Positions 42,201 through 57,200 of a DNA stretch of 64,000 nucleotides are shown here, piece after piece (within the stretch, counting starts at the first letter, position 1; every line of letters starts with the position of its first letter). Position numbers and translations under genes: made by a program. This DNA comes from Auanema rhodensis. Lineage: Eukaryota > Animalia > Nematoda. The stretch spans positions 18,600,001 to 18,664,000 of the forward strand of contig OZ059894.1 of NCBI GenBank assembly GCA_964057225.1, written 5' to 3'. The notes under the pieces are model-generated. The model was not told where the DNA came from. It saw only the letters and a list, made by a program, of their open reading frames with translations, and did no database searches.

Positions 42201-45200
42201 TGCATTTTCAAGCTAGCGCAAATCTGATAACACAGATCGACGCAGCTTAAAAATCCGCATCGAATGCACTATACTACATTGAGAAACGCTTAAAACAAAA
42301 ATTAGTTATGATCGTTTGAAAAATGATGCATTAGTGTATGTTGAGTTTCCATGTACACTCAACATTGCTTCCAAAAACATTTTGACAAAAATTTTTTCGA
42401 AAAATTTCAAGATAATTTAGCAAAAAGTAGATGTTTTTAGATTCCTTTTTTCAAGGCAAAGACGATGGACAATGTTATTCCACGAAAAAATTAATTCTTC
42501 AGGGTGAAAATCGAGGATATAAGTGTAAACTTATATCAGTTGATATCTCGGTGCATTTTTAAGCTAGCGCAAATCTGATAACACAGATCGACGCAGCTTA
42601 AAAATCCGCATCGAATGCACTATACTACATTGAGAAACGCTTAATACAAAAATTAGTTATGATCGTTTGAAAAATGATGCATTAGTGTATGTTGTGTTTC
42701 CATGTACACTCAACATTGCTTCCAAAAACATTTTGACAAAAATTTTTTCGAAAAATTTCAAAATAATTTAGCAAAAAGTAGATGTTTTTAGATTCCTTTT
42801 TTTAAGGCAAAGACGATGGACAATGTTATTCAACGAAAAAATTAATTCTTCAGGGTGAAAATCGAGGATATAAGTGTGAACTTATATCAGTTGATATCTC
42901 GGTGTATTTTTAAGCTAGCGCAAATCTGTTATAACAGATCAACGCAGCTTAAAAATCCGCATCGAATGCACTATACTACATTGAGAAACGCTTAATACAA
43001 AAATTAGTTATGATCGTTTGAAAAATGATGCATTAGTGTATGTTGAGTTTCCATGTACACTCAACATTGCTTCCAAAAACATTTTGACAAAAATTTTTTC
43101 GAAAAATTTCAAAATAATTTAGCAAAAAGTAGATGTTTTTAGATTCCTTTTTTCAAGGCAAAGACGATGGACAATGTTATTCAACGAAAAAATTAATTCT
43201 TCAGGGTGAAAATCGAGGATATATGTGTGAACTTATATCAGTTGATATCTCGGTGTATTTTTAAGCTAGCGCAAATCTGTTATAACAGATCAACGCAGCT
43301 TAAAAATCCGCATCGAATGCACTATACTACATTGAGAGACGCTTAAAACAAAAATTAGTTATGATCGTTTGAAAAATGATGCATTAGTGTATGTTGAGTT
43401 TCCATGTACACTCAACATTGCTTCCAAAAACATTTTGACAAAAATTTTTTCGAAAAATTTCAAAATAATTTAGCAAAAAGTAGATGTTTTTAGATTCCTT
43501 TTTTCAAGGCAAAGACGATGGACAATGTTATTCAACGAAAAAAATAATTCTTCAGGGTGAAAATCGAGGATATAAGTGTGAACTTATATCAGTTGATATC
43601 TCGGTGCATTTTCAAGCTAGCGCAAATCTGATAACACAGATCGACGCAGCTTAAAAATCCGCATCGAAAGCACTATACTATATTGAGAAACGCTTAATAC
43701 AAAAATTAGTTATGATCGTTTGAAAAATGATGCATTAGTGTATGTTGAGTTTCCATGTACACTCAACATTGCTTCCAAAAACATTTTGACAAAAATTTTT
43801 TCGAAAAATTTCAAAATAATTTAGCAAAAAGTAGATGTTTTTAGATTCCTTTTTTCAAGGCAAAGACGATGGACAATGTTATTCAACGAAAAAATTAATT
43901 CTTCAGGGTGAAAATCGAGGATAGAAGTGTGAACTTATATCAGTTGATATCTCGGTGCATTTTTAAGCTAGCGCAAATCTGATAACACAGATCGACGCAG
44001 CTTAAAAATCCGCATCGAATGCACTATACTACATTGAGAAACGCTTAATACAAAAATTAGTTATGATCGTTTGAAAAATGATGCATTAGTGTATGTTGAG
44101 TTTCCATGTACACTCAACATTGCTTCCAAAAACATTTTGACAAAAATTTTTTCGAAAAATTTCAAAATAATTTAGCAAAAAGTAGATGTTTTTAGATTCC
44201 TTTTTTCAAGGCAAAGACGATGGACAATGTTATTCAACGAAAAAAATAATTCTTCAGGGTGAAAATCGAGGATATAAGTGTGAACTTATATCAGTTGATA
44301 TCTCGGTGCATTTTCAAGCTAGCGCAAATCTGATAACACAGATCGACGCAGCTTAAAAATCCGCATCGAATGCACTATACTATATTGAGAAACGCTTAAT
44401 ACAAAAATTAGTTATGATCGTTTGAAAAATGATGCATTAGTGTATGTTGAGTTTCCATGTACACTCAACATTGCTTCCAAAAACATTTTGACAAAAATTT
44501 TTTCGAAAAATTTCAAAATAATTTAGCAAAAAGTAGATGTTTTTAGATTCCTTTTTTTAAGGCAAAGACGATGGACAATGTTATTCAACGAAAAAATTAA
44601 TTCTTCAGGGTGAAAATCGAGGATATAAGTGTGAACTTATATCAGTTGATATCTCGGTGCATTTTTAAGCTAGCGCAAATCTGATAACACAGATCGACGC
44701 AGCTTACAAAATCCGCATCGAATGCACTATACTACATTGAGAAACGCTTAATACAAAAATTAGTTATGATCGTTTGAAAAATGATGCATTAGTGTATGTT
44801 GTGTTTCCATGTACACTCAACATTGCTTCCAAAAACATTTTGACAAAAATTTTTTCGAAAAATTTCAAAATAATTTAGCAAAAAGTAGATGTTTTTAGAT
44901 TCCTTTTTTTAAGGCAAAGACGATGGACAATGTTATTCAACGAAAAAATTAATTCTTCAGGGTGAAAATCGAGGATATAAGTGTGAACTTATATCAGTTG
45001 ATATCTCGGTGCATTTTTAAGCTAGCGCAAATCTGATAACACAGATCGACGCAGCTTAAAAATCCGCATCGAATGCACTATACTATATTGAGAAACGCTT
45101 AATACAAAAATTAGTTATGATCGTTTGAAAAATGATGCATTAGTGTATGTTGAGTTTCCATGTACACTCAACATTGCTTCCAAAAACATTTTGACAAAAA

Positions 45201-48200
45201 TTTTTTCGAAAAATTTCAAAATAATTTAGCAAAAAGTAGATGTTTTTAGATTCCTTTTTTCAAGGCAAAGACGATGGACAATGTTATTCAACGAAAAAAT
45301 TAATTCTTCAGGGTGAAAATCGAGGATATATGTGTGAACTTATATCAGTTGATATCTCGGTGTATTTTTAAGCTAGCGCAAATCTGTTATAACAGATCAA
45401 CGCAGCTTAAAAATCCGCATCGAATGCACTATACTACATTGAGAGACGCTTAAAACAAAAATTAGTTATGATCGTTTGAAAAATGATGCATTAGTGTATG
45501 TTGAGTTTCCATGTACACTCAACATTGCTTCCAAAAACATTTTGACAAAAATTTTTTCGAAAAATTTCAAAATAATTTAGCAAAAAGTAGATGTTTTTAG
45601 ATTCCTTTTTTCAAGGCAAAGACGATGGACAATGTTATTCAACGAAAAAAATAATTCTTCAGGGTGAAAATCGAGGATATAAGTGTGAACTTATATCAGT
45701 TGATATCTCGGTGCATTTTCAAGCTAGCGCAAATCTGATAACACAGATCGACGCGGCTTAAAAATCCGCATCGAAAGCACTATACTATATTGAGAAACGC
45801 TTAATACAAAAATTAGTTATGATCGTTTGAAAAATGATGCATTAGTGTATGTTGAGTTTCCATGTACACTCAACATTGCTTCCAAAAACATTTTGACAAA
45901 AATTTTTTCGAAAAATTTCAAAATAATTTAGCAAAAAGTAGATGTTTTTAGATTCCTTTTTTCAAGGCAAAGACGATGGACAATGTTATTCAACGAAAAA
46001 ATTAATTCTTCAGGGTGAAAATCGAGGATAGAAGTGTGAACTTATATCAGTTGATATCTCGGTGCATTTTTAAGCTAGCGCAAATCTGATAACACAGATC
46101 GACGCAGCTTAAAAATCCGCATCGAATGCACTATACTACATTGAGAAACGCTTAATACAAAAATTAGTTATGATCGTTTGAAAAATGATGCATTAGTGTA
46201 TGTTGAGTTTCCATGTACACTCAACATTGCTTCCAAAAACATTTTGACAAAAATTTTTTCGAAAAATTTCAAAATAATTTAGCAAAAAGTAGATGTTTTT
46301 AGATTCCTTTTTTCAAGGCAAAGACGATGGACAATGTTATTCAACGAAAAAAATAATTCTTCAGGGTGAAAATCGAGGATATAAGTGTGAACTTATATCA
46401 GTTGATATCTCGGTGCATTTTCAAGCTAGCGCAAATCTGATAACACAGATCGACGCAGCTTAAAAATCCGCATCGAATGCACTATACTACATTGAGAAAC
46501 GCTTAAAACAAAAATTAGTTATGATCGTTTGAAAAATGATGCATTAGTGTATGTTGAGTTTCCATGTACACTCAACATTGCTTCCAAAAACATTTTGACA
46601 AAAATTTTTTCGAAAAATTTCAAAATAATTTAGCAAAAAGTAGATGTTTTTAGATTCCTTTTTTCAAGGCAAAGACGATGGACAATGTTATTCAACGAAA
46701 AAATTAATTCTTCAGGGTGAAAATCGAGGATATAAGTGTGAACTTATATCAGTTGATATCTCGGTGCATTTTTAAGCTAGCGCAAATCTGATAACACAGA
46801 TCGACGCAGCTTAAAAATTCGCATCGAATGCACTATACTACATTGAGAAACGCTTAATACAAAAATTAGTTATGATCGTTTGAAAAATGATGCATTAGTG
46901 TATGTTGAGTTTCCATGTACACTCAACATTGCTTCCAAAAACATTTTGACAAAAATTTTTTCGAAAAATTTCAAAATAATTTAGCAAAAAGTAGATGTTT
47001 TTAGATTCCTTTTTTCAAGGCAAAGACGATGGACAATGTTATTCAACGAAAAAATTAATTCTTCAGGGTGAAAATCGAGGATATAAGTGTAAACTTATAT
47101 CAGTTGATATCTCGGTGCATTTTTAAGCTAGCGCAAATCTGATAACACAGATCGACGCAGCTTAAAAATCCGCATCGAATGCACTATACTACATTGAGAA
47201 ACGCTTAATACAAAAATTAGTTATGATCGTTTGAAAAATGATGCATTAGTGTATGTTGAGTTTCCATGTACACTCAACATTGCTTCCAAAAACATTTTGA
47301 CAAAAATTTTTTCGAAAAATTTCAAAATAATTTAGCAAAAAGTAGATGTTTTTAGATTCCTTTTTTTAAGGCGAAGACGATGGACAATGTTATTCAACGA
47401 AAAAATTAATTCTTCAGGGTGAAAATCGAGGATATAAGTGTGAACTTATATCAGTTGATATCTCGGTGCATTTTTAAGCTAGCGCAAATCTGATAACACA
47501 GATCGACGCAGCTTAAAAATTCGCATCGAATGCACTATACTACATTGAGAAACGCTTAATACAAAAATTAGTTATGATCGTTTGAAAAATGATGCATTAG
47601 TGTATGTTGAGTTTCCATGTACACTCAACATTGCTTCCAAAAACATTTTGACAAAAATTTTTTCGAAAAATTTCAAAATAATTTAGCAAAAAGTAGATGT
47701 TTTTAGATTCCTTTTTTCAAGGCAAAGACGATGGACAATGTTATTCAACGAAAAAATTAATTCTTCAGGGTGAAAATCGAGGATATAAGTGTGAACTTAT
47801 ATCAGTTGATATCTCGGTGCATTTTTAAGCTAGCGCAAATCTGATAACACAGATCGACGCAGCTTAAAAATTCGCATCGAATGCACTATACTACATTGAG
47901 AAACGCTTAATACAAAAATTAGTTATGATCGTTTGAAAAATGATGCATTAGTGTATGTTGAGTTTCCATGTACACTCAACATTGCTTCCAAAAACATTTT
48001 GACAAAAATTTTTTCGAAAAATTTCAAAATAATTTAGCAAAAAGTAGATGTTTTTAGATTCCTTTTTTTAAGGCAAAGACGATGGACAATGTTATTCAAC
48101 GAAAAAAATAATTCTTCAGGGTGAAAATCGAGGATATAAGTGTGAACTTATATCAGTTGATATCTCGGTGCATTTTTAAGCTAGCGCAAATCTGATAACA

Positions 48201-51200
48201 CAGATCGACGCAGCTTAAAAATTCGCATCGAATGCACTATACTACATTGAGAAACGCTTAATACAAAAATTAGTTATGATCGTTTGAAAAATGATGCATT
48301 AGTGTATGTTGTGTTTCCATGTACACTCAACATTGCTTCCAAAAACATTTTGACAAAAATTTTTTCGAAAAATTTCAAAATAATTTAGCAAAAAGTAGAT
48401 GTTTTTAGATTCCTTTTTTTAAGGCAAAGACGATGGACAATGTTATTCAACGAAAAAATTAATTCTTCAGGGTGAAAATCGAGGATATAAGTGTGAACTT
48501 ATATCAGTTGATATCTCGGTGCATTTTTAAGCTAGCGCAAATCTGATAACACAGATCGACGCAGCTTAAAAATCCGCATCGAATGCACTATACTATATTG
48601 AGAAACGCTTAATACAAAAATTAGTTATGATCGTTTGAAAAATGATGCATTAGTGTATGTTGAGTTTCCATGTACACTCAACATTGCTTCCAAAAACATT
48701 TTGACAAAAATTTTTTCGAAAAATTTCAAAATAATTTAGCAAAAAGTAGATGTTTTTAGATTCCTTTTTTCAAGGCAAAGACGATGGACAATGTTATTCA
48801 ACGAAAAAATTAATTCTTCAGGGTGAAAATCGAGGATATAAGTGTGAACTTATATCAGTTGATATCTCGGTGCATTTTTAAGCTAGCGCAAATCTGATAA
48901 CACAGATCGACGCAGCTTAAAAATCCGCATCGAATGCACTATACTACATTGAGAAACGCTTAATACAAAAATTAGTTATGATCGTTTGAAAAATGATGCA
49001 TTAGTGTATGTTGAGTTTCCATGTACACTCAACATTGCTTCCAAAAACATTTTGACAAAAATTTTTTCGAAAAATTTCAAAATAATTTAGCAAAAAGTAG
49101 ATGTTTTTAGATTCCTGTTTTTAAGGCGAAGACGATGGACAATGTTATTCAACGAAAAAATTAATTCTTCAGGGTGAAAATCGAGGATATAAGTGTGAAC
49201 TTATATCAGTTGATATCTCGGTGCATTTTTAAGCTAGCGCAAATCTGATAACACAGATCGACGCAGCTTAAAAATCCGCATCGAATGCACTATACTACAT
49301 TGAGAAACGCTTAAAACAAAAATTAGTTATGATCGTTTGAAAAATGATGCATTAGTGTATGTTGAGTTTCCATGTACACTCAACATTGCTTCCAAAAACA
49401 TTTTGACAAAAATTTTTTCGAAAAATTTCAAAATAATTTAGCAAAAAGTAGATGTTTTTAGATTCCTTTTTTCAAGGCAAAGACGATGGACAATGTTATT
49501 CAACGAAAAAATTAATTCTTCAGGGTGAAAATCGAGGATATAAGTGTGAACTTATATCAGTTGATATCTCGGTGCATTTTTAAGCTAGCGCAAATCTGAT
49601 AACACAGATCGACGCAGCTTAAAAATTCGCATCGAATGCACTATACTACATTGAGAAACGCTTAATACAAAAATTAGTTATGATCGTTTGAAAAATGATG
49701 CATTAGTGTATGTTGAGTTTCCATGTACACTCAACATTGCTTCCAAAAACATTTTGACAAAAATTTTTTCGAAAAATTTCAAAATAATTTAGCAAAAAGT
49801 AGATGTTTTTAGATTCCTTTTTTTAAGGCAAAGACGATGGACAATGTTATTCAACGAAAAAAATAATTCTTCAGGGTGAAAATCGAGGATATAAGTGTGA
49901 ACTTATATCAGTTGATATCTCGGTGCATTTTTAAGCTAGCGCAAATCTGATAACACAGATCGACGCAGCTTAAAAATTCGCATCGAATGCACTATACTAC
50001 ATTGAGAAACGCTTAATACAAAAATTAGTTATGATCGTTTGAAAAATGATGCATTAGTGTATGTTGTGTTTCCATGTACACTCAACATTGCTTCCAAAAA
50101 CATTTTGACAAAAATTTTTTCGAAAAATTTCAAAATAATTTAGCAAAAAGTAGATGTTTTTAGATTCCTTTTTTCAAGGCAAAGACGATGGACAATGTTA
50201 TTCAACGAAAAAATTAATTCTTCAGGGTGAAAATCGAGGATATAAGTGTGAACTTATATCAGTTGATATCTCGGTGCATTTTTAAGCTAGCGCAAATCTG
50301 ATAACACAGATCGACGCAGCTTAAAAATTCGCATCGAATGCACTATACTACATTGAGAAACGCTTAATACAAAAATTAGTTATGATCGTTTGAAAAATGA
50401 TGCATTAGTGTATGTTGAGTTTCCATGTACACTCAACATTGCTTCCAAAAACATTTTGACAAAAATTTTTTCGAAAAATTTCAAAATAATTTAGCAAAAA
50501 GTAGATGTTTTTAGATTCCTTTTTTTAAGGCAAAGACGATGGACAATGTTATTCAACGAAAAAAATAATTCTTCAGGGTGAAAATCGAGGATATAAGTGT
50601 GAACTTATATCAGTTGATATCTCGGTGCATTTTTAAGCTAGCGCAAATCTGATAACACAGATCGACGCAGCTTAAAAATTCGCATCGAATGCACTATACT
50701 ACATTGAGAAACGCTTAATACAAAAATTAGTTATGATCGTTTGAAAAATGATGCATTAGTGTATGTTGTGTTTCCATGTACACTCAACATTGCTTCCAAA
50801 AACATTTTGACAAAAATTTTTTCGAAAAATTTCAAAATAATTTAGCAAAAAGTAGATGTTTTTAGATTCCTTTTTTCAAGGCAAAGACGATGGACAATGT
50901 TATTCAACGAAAAAATTAATTCTTCAGGGTGAAAATCGAGGATATAAGTGTGAACTTATATCAGTTGATATCTCGGTGCATTTTTAAGCTAGCGCAAATC
51001 TGATAACACAGATCGACGCAGCTTAAAAATTCGCATCGAATGCACTATACTACATTGAGAAACGCTTAATACAAAAATTAGTTATGATCGTTTGAAAAAT
51101 GATGCATTAGTGTATGTTGAGTTTCCATGTACACTCAACATTGCTTCCAAAAACATTTTGACAAAAATTTTTTCGAAAAATTTCAAAATAATTTAGCAAA

Positions 51201-54200
51201 AAGTAGATGTTTTTAGATTCCTTTTTTTAAGGCAAAGACGATGGACAATGTTATTCAACGAAAAAAATAATTCTTCAGGGTGAAAATCGAGGATATAAGT
51301 GTGAACTTATATCAGTTGATATCTCGGTGCATTTTTAAGCTAGCGCAAATCTGATAACACAGATCGACGCAGCTTAAAAATTCGCATCGAATGCACTATA
51401 CTACATTGAGAAACGCTTAATACAAAAATTAGTTATGATCGTTTGAAAAATGATGCATTAGTGTATGTTGTGTTTCCATGTACACTCAACATTGCTTCCA
51501 AAAACATTTTGACAAAAATTTTTTCGAAAAATTTCAAAATAATTTAGCAAAAAGTAGATGTTTTTAGATTCCTTTTTTTAAGGCAAAGACGATGGACAAT
51601 GTTATTCAACGAAAAAATTAATTCTTCAGGGTGAAAATCGAGGATATAAGTGTGAACTTATATCAGTTGATATCTCGGTGCATTTTTAAGCTAGCGCAAA
51701 TCTGATAACACAGATCGACGCAGCTTAAAAATCCGCATCGAATGCACTATACTACATTGAGAAACGCTTAATACAAAAATTAGTTATGATCGTTTGAAAA
51801 ATGATGCATTAGTGTATGTTGAGTTTCCATGTACACTCAACATTGCTTCCAAAAACATTTTGACAAAAATTTTTTCGAAAAATTTCAAAATAATTTAGCA
51901 AAAAGTAGATGTTTTTAGATTCCTTTTTTCAAGGCAAAGACGATGGACAATGTTATTCAACGAAAAAATTAATTCTTCAGGGTGAAAATCGAGGATAGAA
52001 GTGTGAACTTATATCAGTTGATATCTCGGTGCATTTTTAAGCTAGCGCAAATCTGATAACACAGATCGACGCAGCTTAAAAATTCGCATCGAATGCACTA
52101 TACTACATTGAGAAACGCTTAATACAAAAATTAGTTATGATCGTTTGAAAAATGATGCATTAGTGTATGTTGTGTTTCCATGTACACTCAACATTGCTTC
52201 CAAAAACATTTTGACAAAAATTTTTTCGAAAAATTTCAAAATAATTTAGCAAAAAGTAGATGTTTTTAGATTCCTTTTTTTAAGGCAAAGACGATGGACA
52301 ATGTTATTCAACGAAAAAATTAATTCTTCAGGGTGAAAATCGAGGATATAAGTGTGAACTTATATCAGTTGATATCTCGGTGCATTTTTAAGCTAGCGCA
52401 AATCTGATAACACAGATCGACGCAGCTTAAAAATCCGCATCGAATGCACTATACTACATTGAGAAACGCTTAATACAAAAATTAGTTATGATCGTTTGAA
52501 AAATGATGCATTAGTGTATGTTGAGTTTCCATGTACACTCAACATTGCTTCCAAAAACATTTTGACAAAAATTTTTTCGAAAAATTTCAAAATAATTTAG
52601 CAAAAAGTAGATGTTTTTAGATTCCTTTTTTTAAGGCGAAGACGATGGACAATGTTATTCAACGAAAAAATTAATTCTTCAGGGTGAAAATCGAGGATAT
52701 AAGTGTGAACTTATATCAGTTGATATCTCGGTGCATTTTTAAGCTAGCGCAAATCTGATAACACAGATCGACGCAGCTTAAAAATCCGCATCGAATGCAC
52801 TACTACATTGAGAAACGCTTAAAACAAAAATTAGTTATGATCGTTTGAAAAATGATGCATTAGTGTATGTTGAGTTTCCATGTACACTCAACATTGCTTC
52901 CAAAAACATTTTGACAAAAATTTTTTCGAAAAATTTCAAAATAATTTAGCAAAAAGTAGATGTTTTTAGATTCCTTTTTTCAAGGCAAAGACGATGGACA
53001 ATGTTATTCAACGAAAAAATTAATTCTTCAGGGTGAAAATCGAGGATATAAGTGTGAACTTATATCAGTTGATATCTCGGTGCATTTTTAAGCTAGCGCA
53101 AATCTGATAACACAGATCGACGCAGCTTAAAAATTCGCATCGAATGCACTATACTACATTGAGAAACGCTTAATACAAAAATTAGTTATGATCGTTTGAA
53201 AAATGATGCATTAGTGTATGTTGAGTTTCCATGTACACTCAACATTGCTTCCAAAAACATTTTGACAAAAATTTTTTCGAAAAATTTCAAAATAATTTAG
53301 CAAAAAGTAGATGTTTTTAGATTCCTTTTTTTAAGGCAAAGACGATGGACAATGTTATTCAACGAAAAAAATAATTCTTCAGGGTGAAAATCGAGGATAT
53401 AAGTGTGAACTTATATCAGTTGATATCTCGGTGCATTTTTAAGCTAGCGCAAATCTGATAACACAGATCGACGCAGCTTAAAAATTCGCATCGAATGCAC
53501 TATACTACATTGAGAAACGCTTAATACAAAAATTAGTTATGATCGTTTGAAAAATGATGCATTAGTGTATGTTGTGTTTCCATGTACACTCAACATTGCT
53601 TCCAAAAACATTTTGACAAAAATTTTTTCGAAAAATTTCAAAATAATTTAGCAAAAAGTAGATGTTTTTAGATTCCTTTTTTTAAGGCGAAGACGATGGA
53701 CAATGTTATTCAACGAAAAAATTAATTCTTCAGGGTGAAAATCGAGGATATAAGTGTGAACTTATATCAGTTGATATCTCGGTGCATTTTTAAGCTAGCG
53801 CAAATCTGATAACACAGATCGACGCAGCTTAAAAATCCGCATCGAATGCACTATACTACATTGAGAAACGCTTAAAACAAAAATTAGTTATGATCGTTTG
53901 AAAAATGATGCATTAGTGTATGTTGAGTTTCCATGTACACTCAACATTGCTTCCAAAAACATTTTGACAAAAATTTTTTCGAAAAATTTCAAAATAATTT
54001 AGCAAAAAGTAGATGTTTTTAGATTCCTTTTTTCAAGGTAAAGACGATGGACAATGTTATTCAACGAAAAAATTAATTCTTCAGGGTGAAAATCGAGGAT
54101 ATAAGTGTGAACTTATATCAGTTGATATCTCGGTGCATTTTTAAGCTAGCGCAAATCTGATAACACAGATCGACGCAGCTTAAAAATTCGCATCGAATGC

Positions 54201-57200
54201 ACTATACTACATTGAGAAACGCTTAATACAAAAATTAGTTATGATCGTTTGAAAAATGATGCATTAGTGTATGTTGAGTTTCCATGTACACTCAACATTG
54301 CTTCCAAAAACATTTTGACAAAAATTTTTTCGAAAAATTTCAAAATAATTTAGCAAAAAGTAGATGTTTTTAGATTCCTTTTTTTAAGGCAAAGACGATG
54401 GACAATGTTATTCAACGAAAAAAATAATTCTTCAGGGTGAAAATCGAGGATATAAGTGTGAACTTATATCAGTTGATATCTCGGTGCATTTTTAAGCTAG
54501 CGCAAATCTGATAACACAGATCGACGCAGCTTAAAAATTCGCATCGAATGCACTATACTACATTGAGAAACGCTTAATACAAAAATTAGTTATGATCGTT
54601 TGAAAAATGATGCATTAGTGTATGTTGTGTTTCCATGTACACTCAACATTGCTTCCAAAAACATTTTGACAAAAATTTTTTCGAAAAATTTCAAAATAAT
54701 TTAGCAAAAAGTAGATGTTTTTAGATTCCTTTTTTCAAGGCAAAGACGATGGACAATGTTATTCAACGAAAAAATTAATTCTTCAGGGTGAAAATCGAGG
54801 ATATAAGTGTGAACTTATATCAGTTGATATCTCGGTGCATTTTTAAGCTAGCGCAAATCTGATAACACAGATCGACGCAGCTTAAAAATTCGCATCGAAT
54901 GCACTATACTACATTGAGAAACGCTTAATACAAAAATTAGTTATGATCGTTTGAAAAATGATGCATTAGTGTATGTTGAGTTTCCATGTACACTCAACAT
55001 TGCTTCCAAAAACATTTTGACAAAAATTTTTTCGAAAAATTTCAAAATAATTTAGCAAAAAGTAGATGTTTTTAGATTCCTTTTTTTAAGGCAAAGACGA
55101 TGGACAATGTTATTCAACGAAAAAATTAATTCTTCAGGGTGAAAATCGAGGATATAAGTGTGAACTTATATCAGTTGATATCTCGGTGCATTTTTAAGCT
55201 AGCGCAAATCTGATAACACAGATCGACGCAGCTTAAAAATCCGCATCGAATGCACTATACTACATTGAGAAACGCTTAATACAAAAATTAGTTATGATCG
55301 TTTGAAAAATGATGCATTAGTGTATGTTGAGTTTCCATGTACACTCAACATTGCTTCCAAAAACATTTTGACAAAAATTTTTTCGAAAAATTTCAAAATA
55401 ATTTAGCAAAAAGTAGATGTTTTTAGATTCCTTTTTTTAAGGCGAAGACGATGGACAATGTTATTCAACGAAAAAATTAATTCTTCAGGGTGAAAATCGA
55501 GGATATAAGTGTGAACTTATATCAGTTGATATCTCGGTGCATTTTTAAGCTAGCGCAAATCTGATAACACAGATCGACGCAGCTTAAAAATCCGCATCGA
55601 ATGCACTATACTACATTGAGAAACGCTTAAAACAAAAATTAGTTATGATCGTTTGAAAAATGATGCATTAGTGTATGTTGAGTTTCCATGTACACTCAAC
55701 ATTGCTTCCAAAAACATTTTGACAAAAATTTTTTCGAAAAATTTCAAAATAATTTAGCAAAAAGTAGATGTTTTTAGATTCCTTTTTTCAAGGCAAAGAC
55801 GATGGACAATGTTATTCAACGAAAAAATTAATTCTTCAGGGTGAAAATCGAGGATATAAGTGTGAACTTATATCAGTTGATATCTCAGTGCATTTTTAAG
55901 CTAGCGCAAATCTGATAACACAGATCGACGCAGCTTAAAAATTCGCATCGAATGCACTATACTACATTGAGAAACGCTTAATACAAAAATTAGTTATGAT
56001 CGTTTGAAAAATGATGCATTAGTGTATGTTGAGTTTCCATGTACACTCAACATTGCTTCCAAAAACATTTTGACAAAAATTTTTTCGAAAAATTTCAAAA
56101 TAATTTAGCAAAAAGTAGATGTTTTTAGATTCCTTTTTTCAAGGCAAAGACGATGGACAATGTTATTCAACGAAAAAATTAATTCTTCAGGGTGAAAATC
56201 GAGGATATAAGTGTGAACTTATATCAGTTGATATCTCGGTGCATTTTTAAGCTAGCGCAAATCTGATAACACAGATCGACGCAGCTTAAAAATTCGCATC
56301 GAATGCACTATACTACATTGAGAAACGCTTAATACAAAAATTAGTTATGATCGTTTGAAAAATGATGCATTAGTGTATGTTGAGTTTCCATGTACACTCA
56401 ACATTGCTTCCAAAAACATTTTGACAAAAATTTTTTCGAAAAATTTCAAAATAATTTAGCAAAAAGTAGATGTTTTTAGATTCCTTTTTTTAAGGCAAAG
56501 ACGATGGACAATGTTATTCAACGAAAAAAATAATTCTTCAGGGTGGAAATCGAGGATATAAGTGTGAACTTATATCAGTTGATATCTCGGTGCATTTTTA
56601 AGCTAGCGCAAATCTGATAACACAGATCGACGCAGCTTAAAAATTCGCATCGAATGCACTATACTACATTGAGAAACGCTTAATACAAAAATTAGTTATG
56701 ATCGTTTGAAAAATGATGCATTAGTGTATGTTGTGTTTCCATGTACACTCAACATTGCTTCCAAAAACATTTTGACAAAAATTTTTTCGAAAAATTTCAA
56801 AATAATTTAGCAAAAAGTAGATGTTTTTAGATTCCTTTTTTTAAGGCAAAGACGATGGACAATGTTATTCAACGAAAAAATTAATTCTTCAGGGTGAAAA
56901 TCGAGGATATAAGTGTGAACTTATATCAGTTGATATCTCGGTGCATTTTTAAGCTAGCGCAAATCTGATAACACAGATCGACGCAGCTTAAAAATTCGCA
57001 TCGAATGCACTATACTACATTGAGAAACGCTTAATACAAAAATTAGTTATGATCGTTTGAAAAATGATGCATTAGTGTATGTTGAGTTTCCATGTACACT
57101 CAACATTGCTTCCAAAAACATTTTGACAAAAATTTTTTCGAAAAATTTCAAAATAATTTAGCAAAAGGTAGATGTTTTTAGATTCCTTTTTTTAAGGCAA

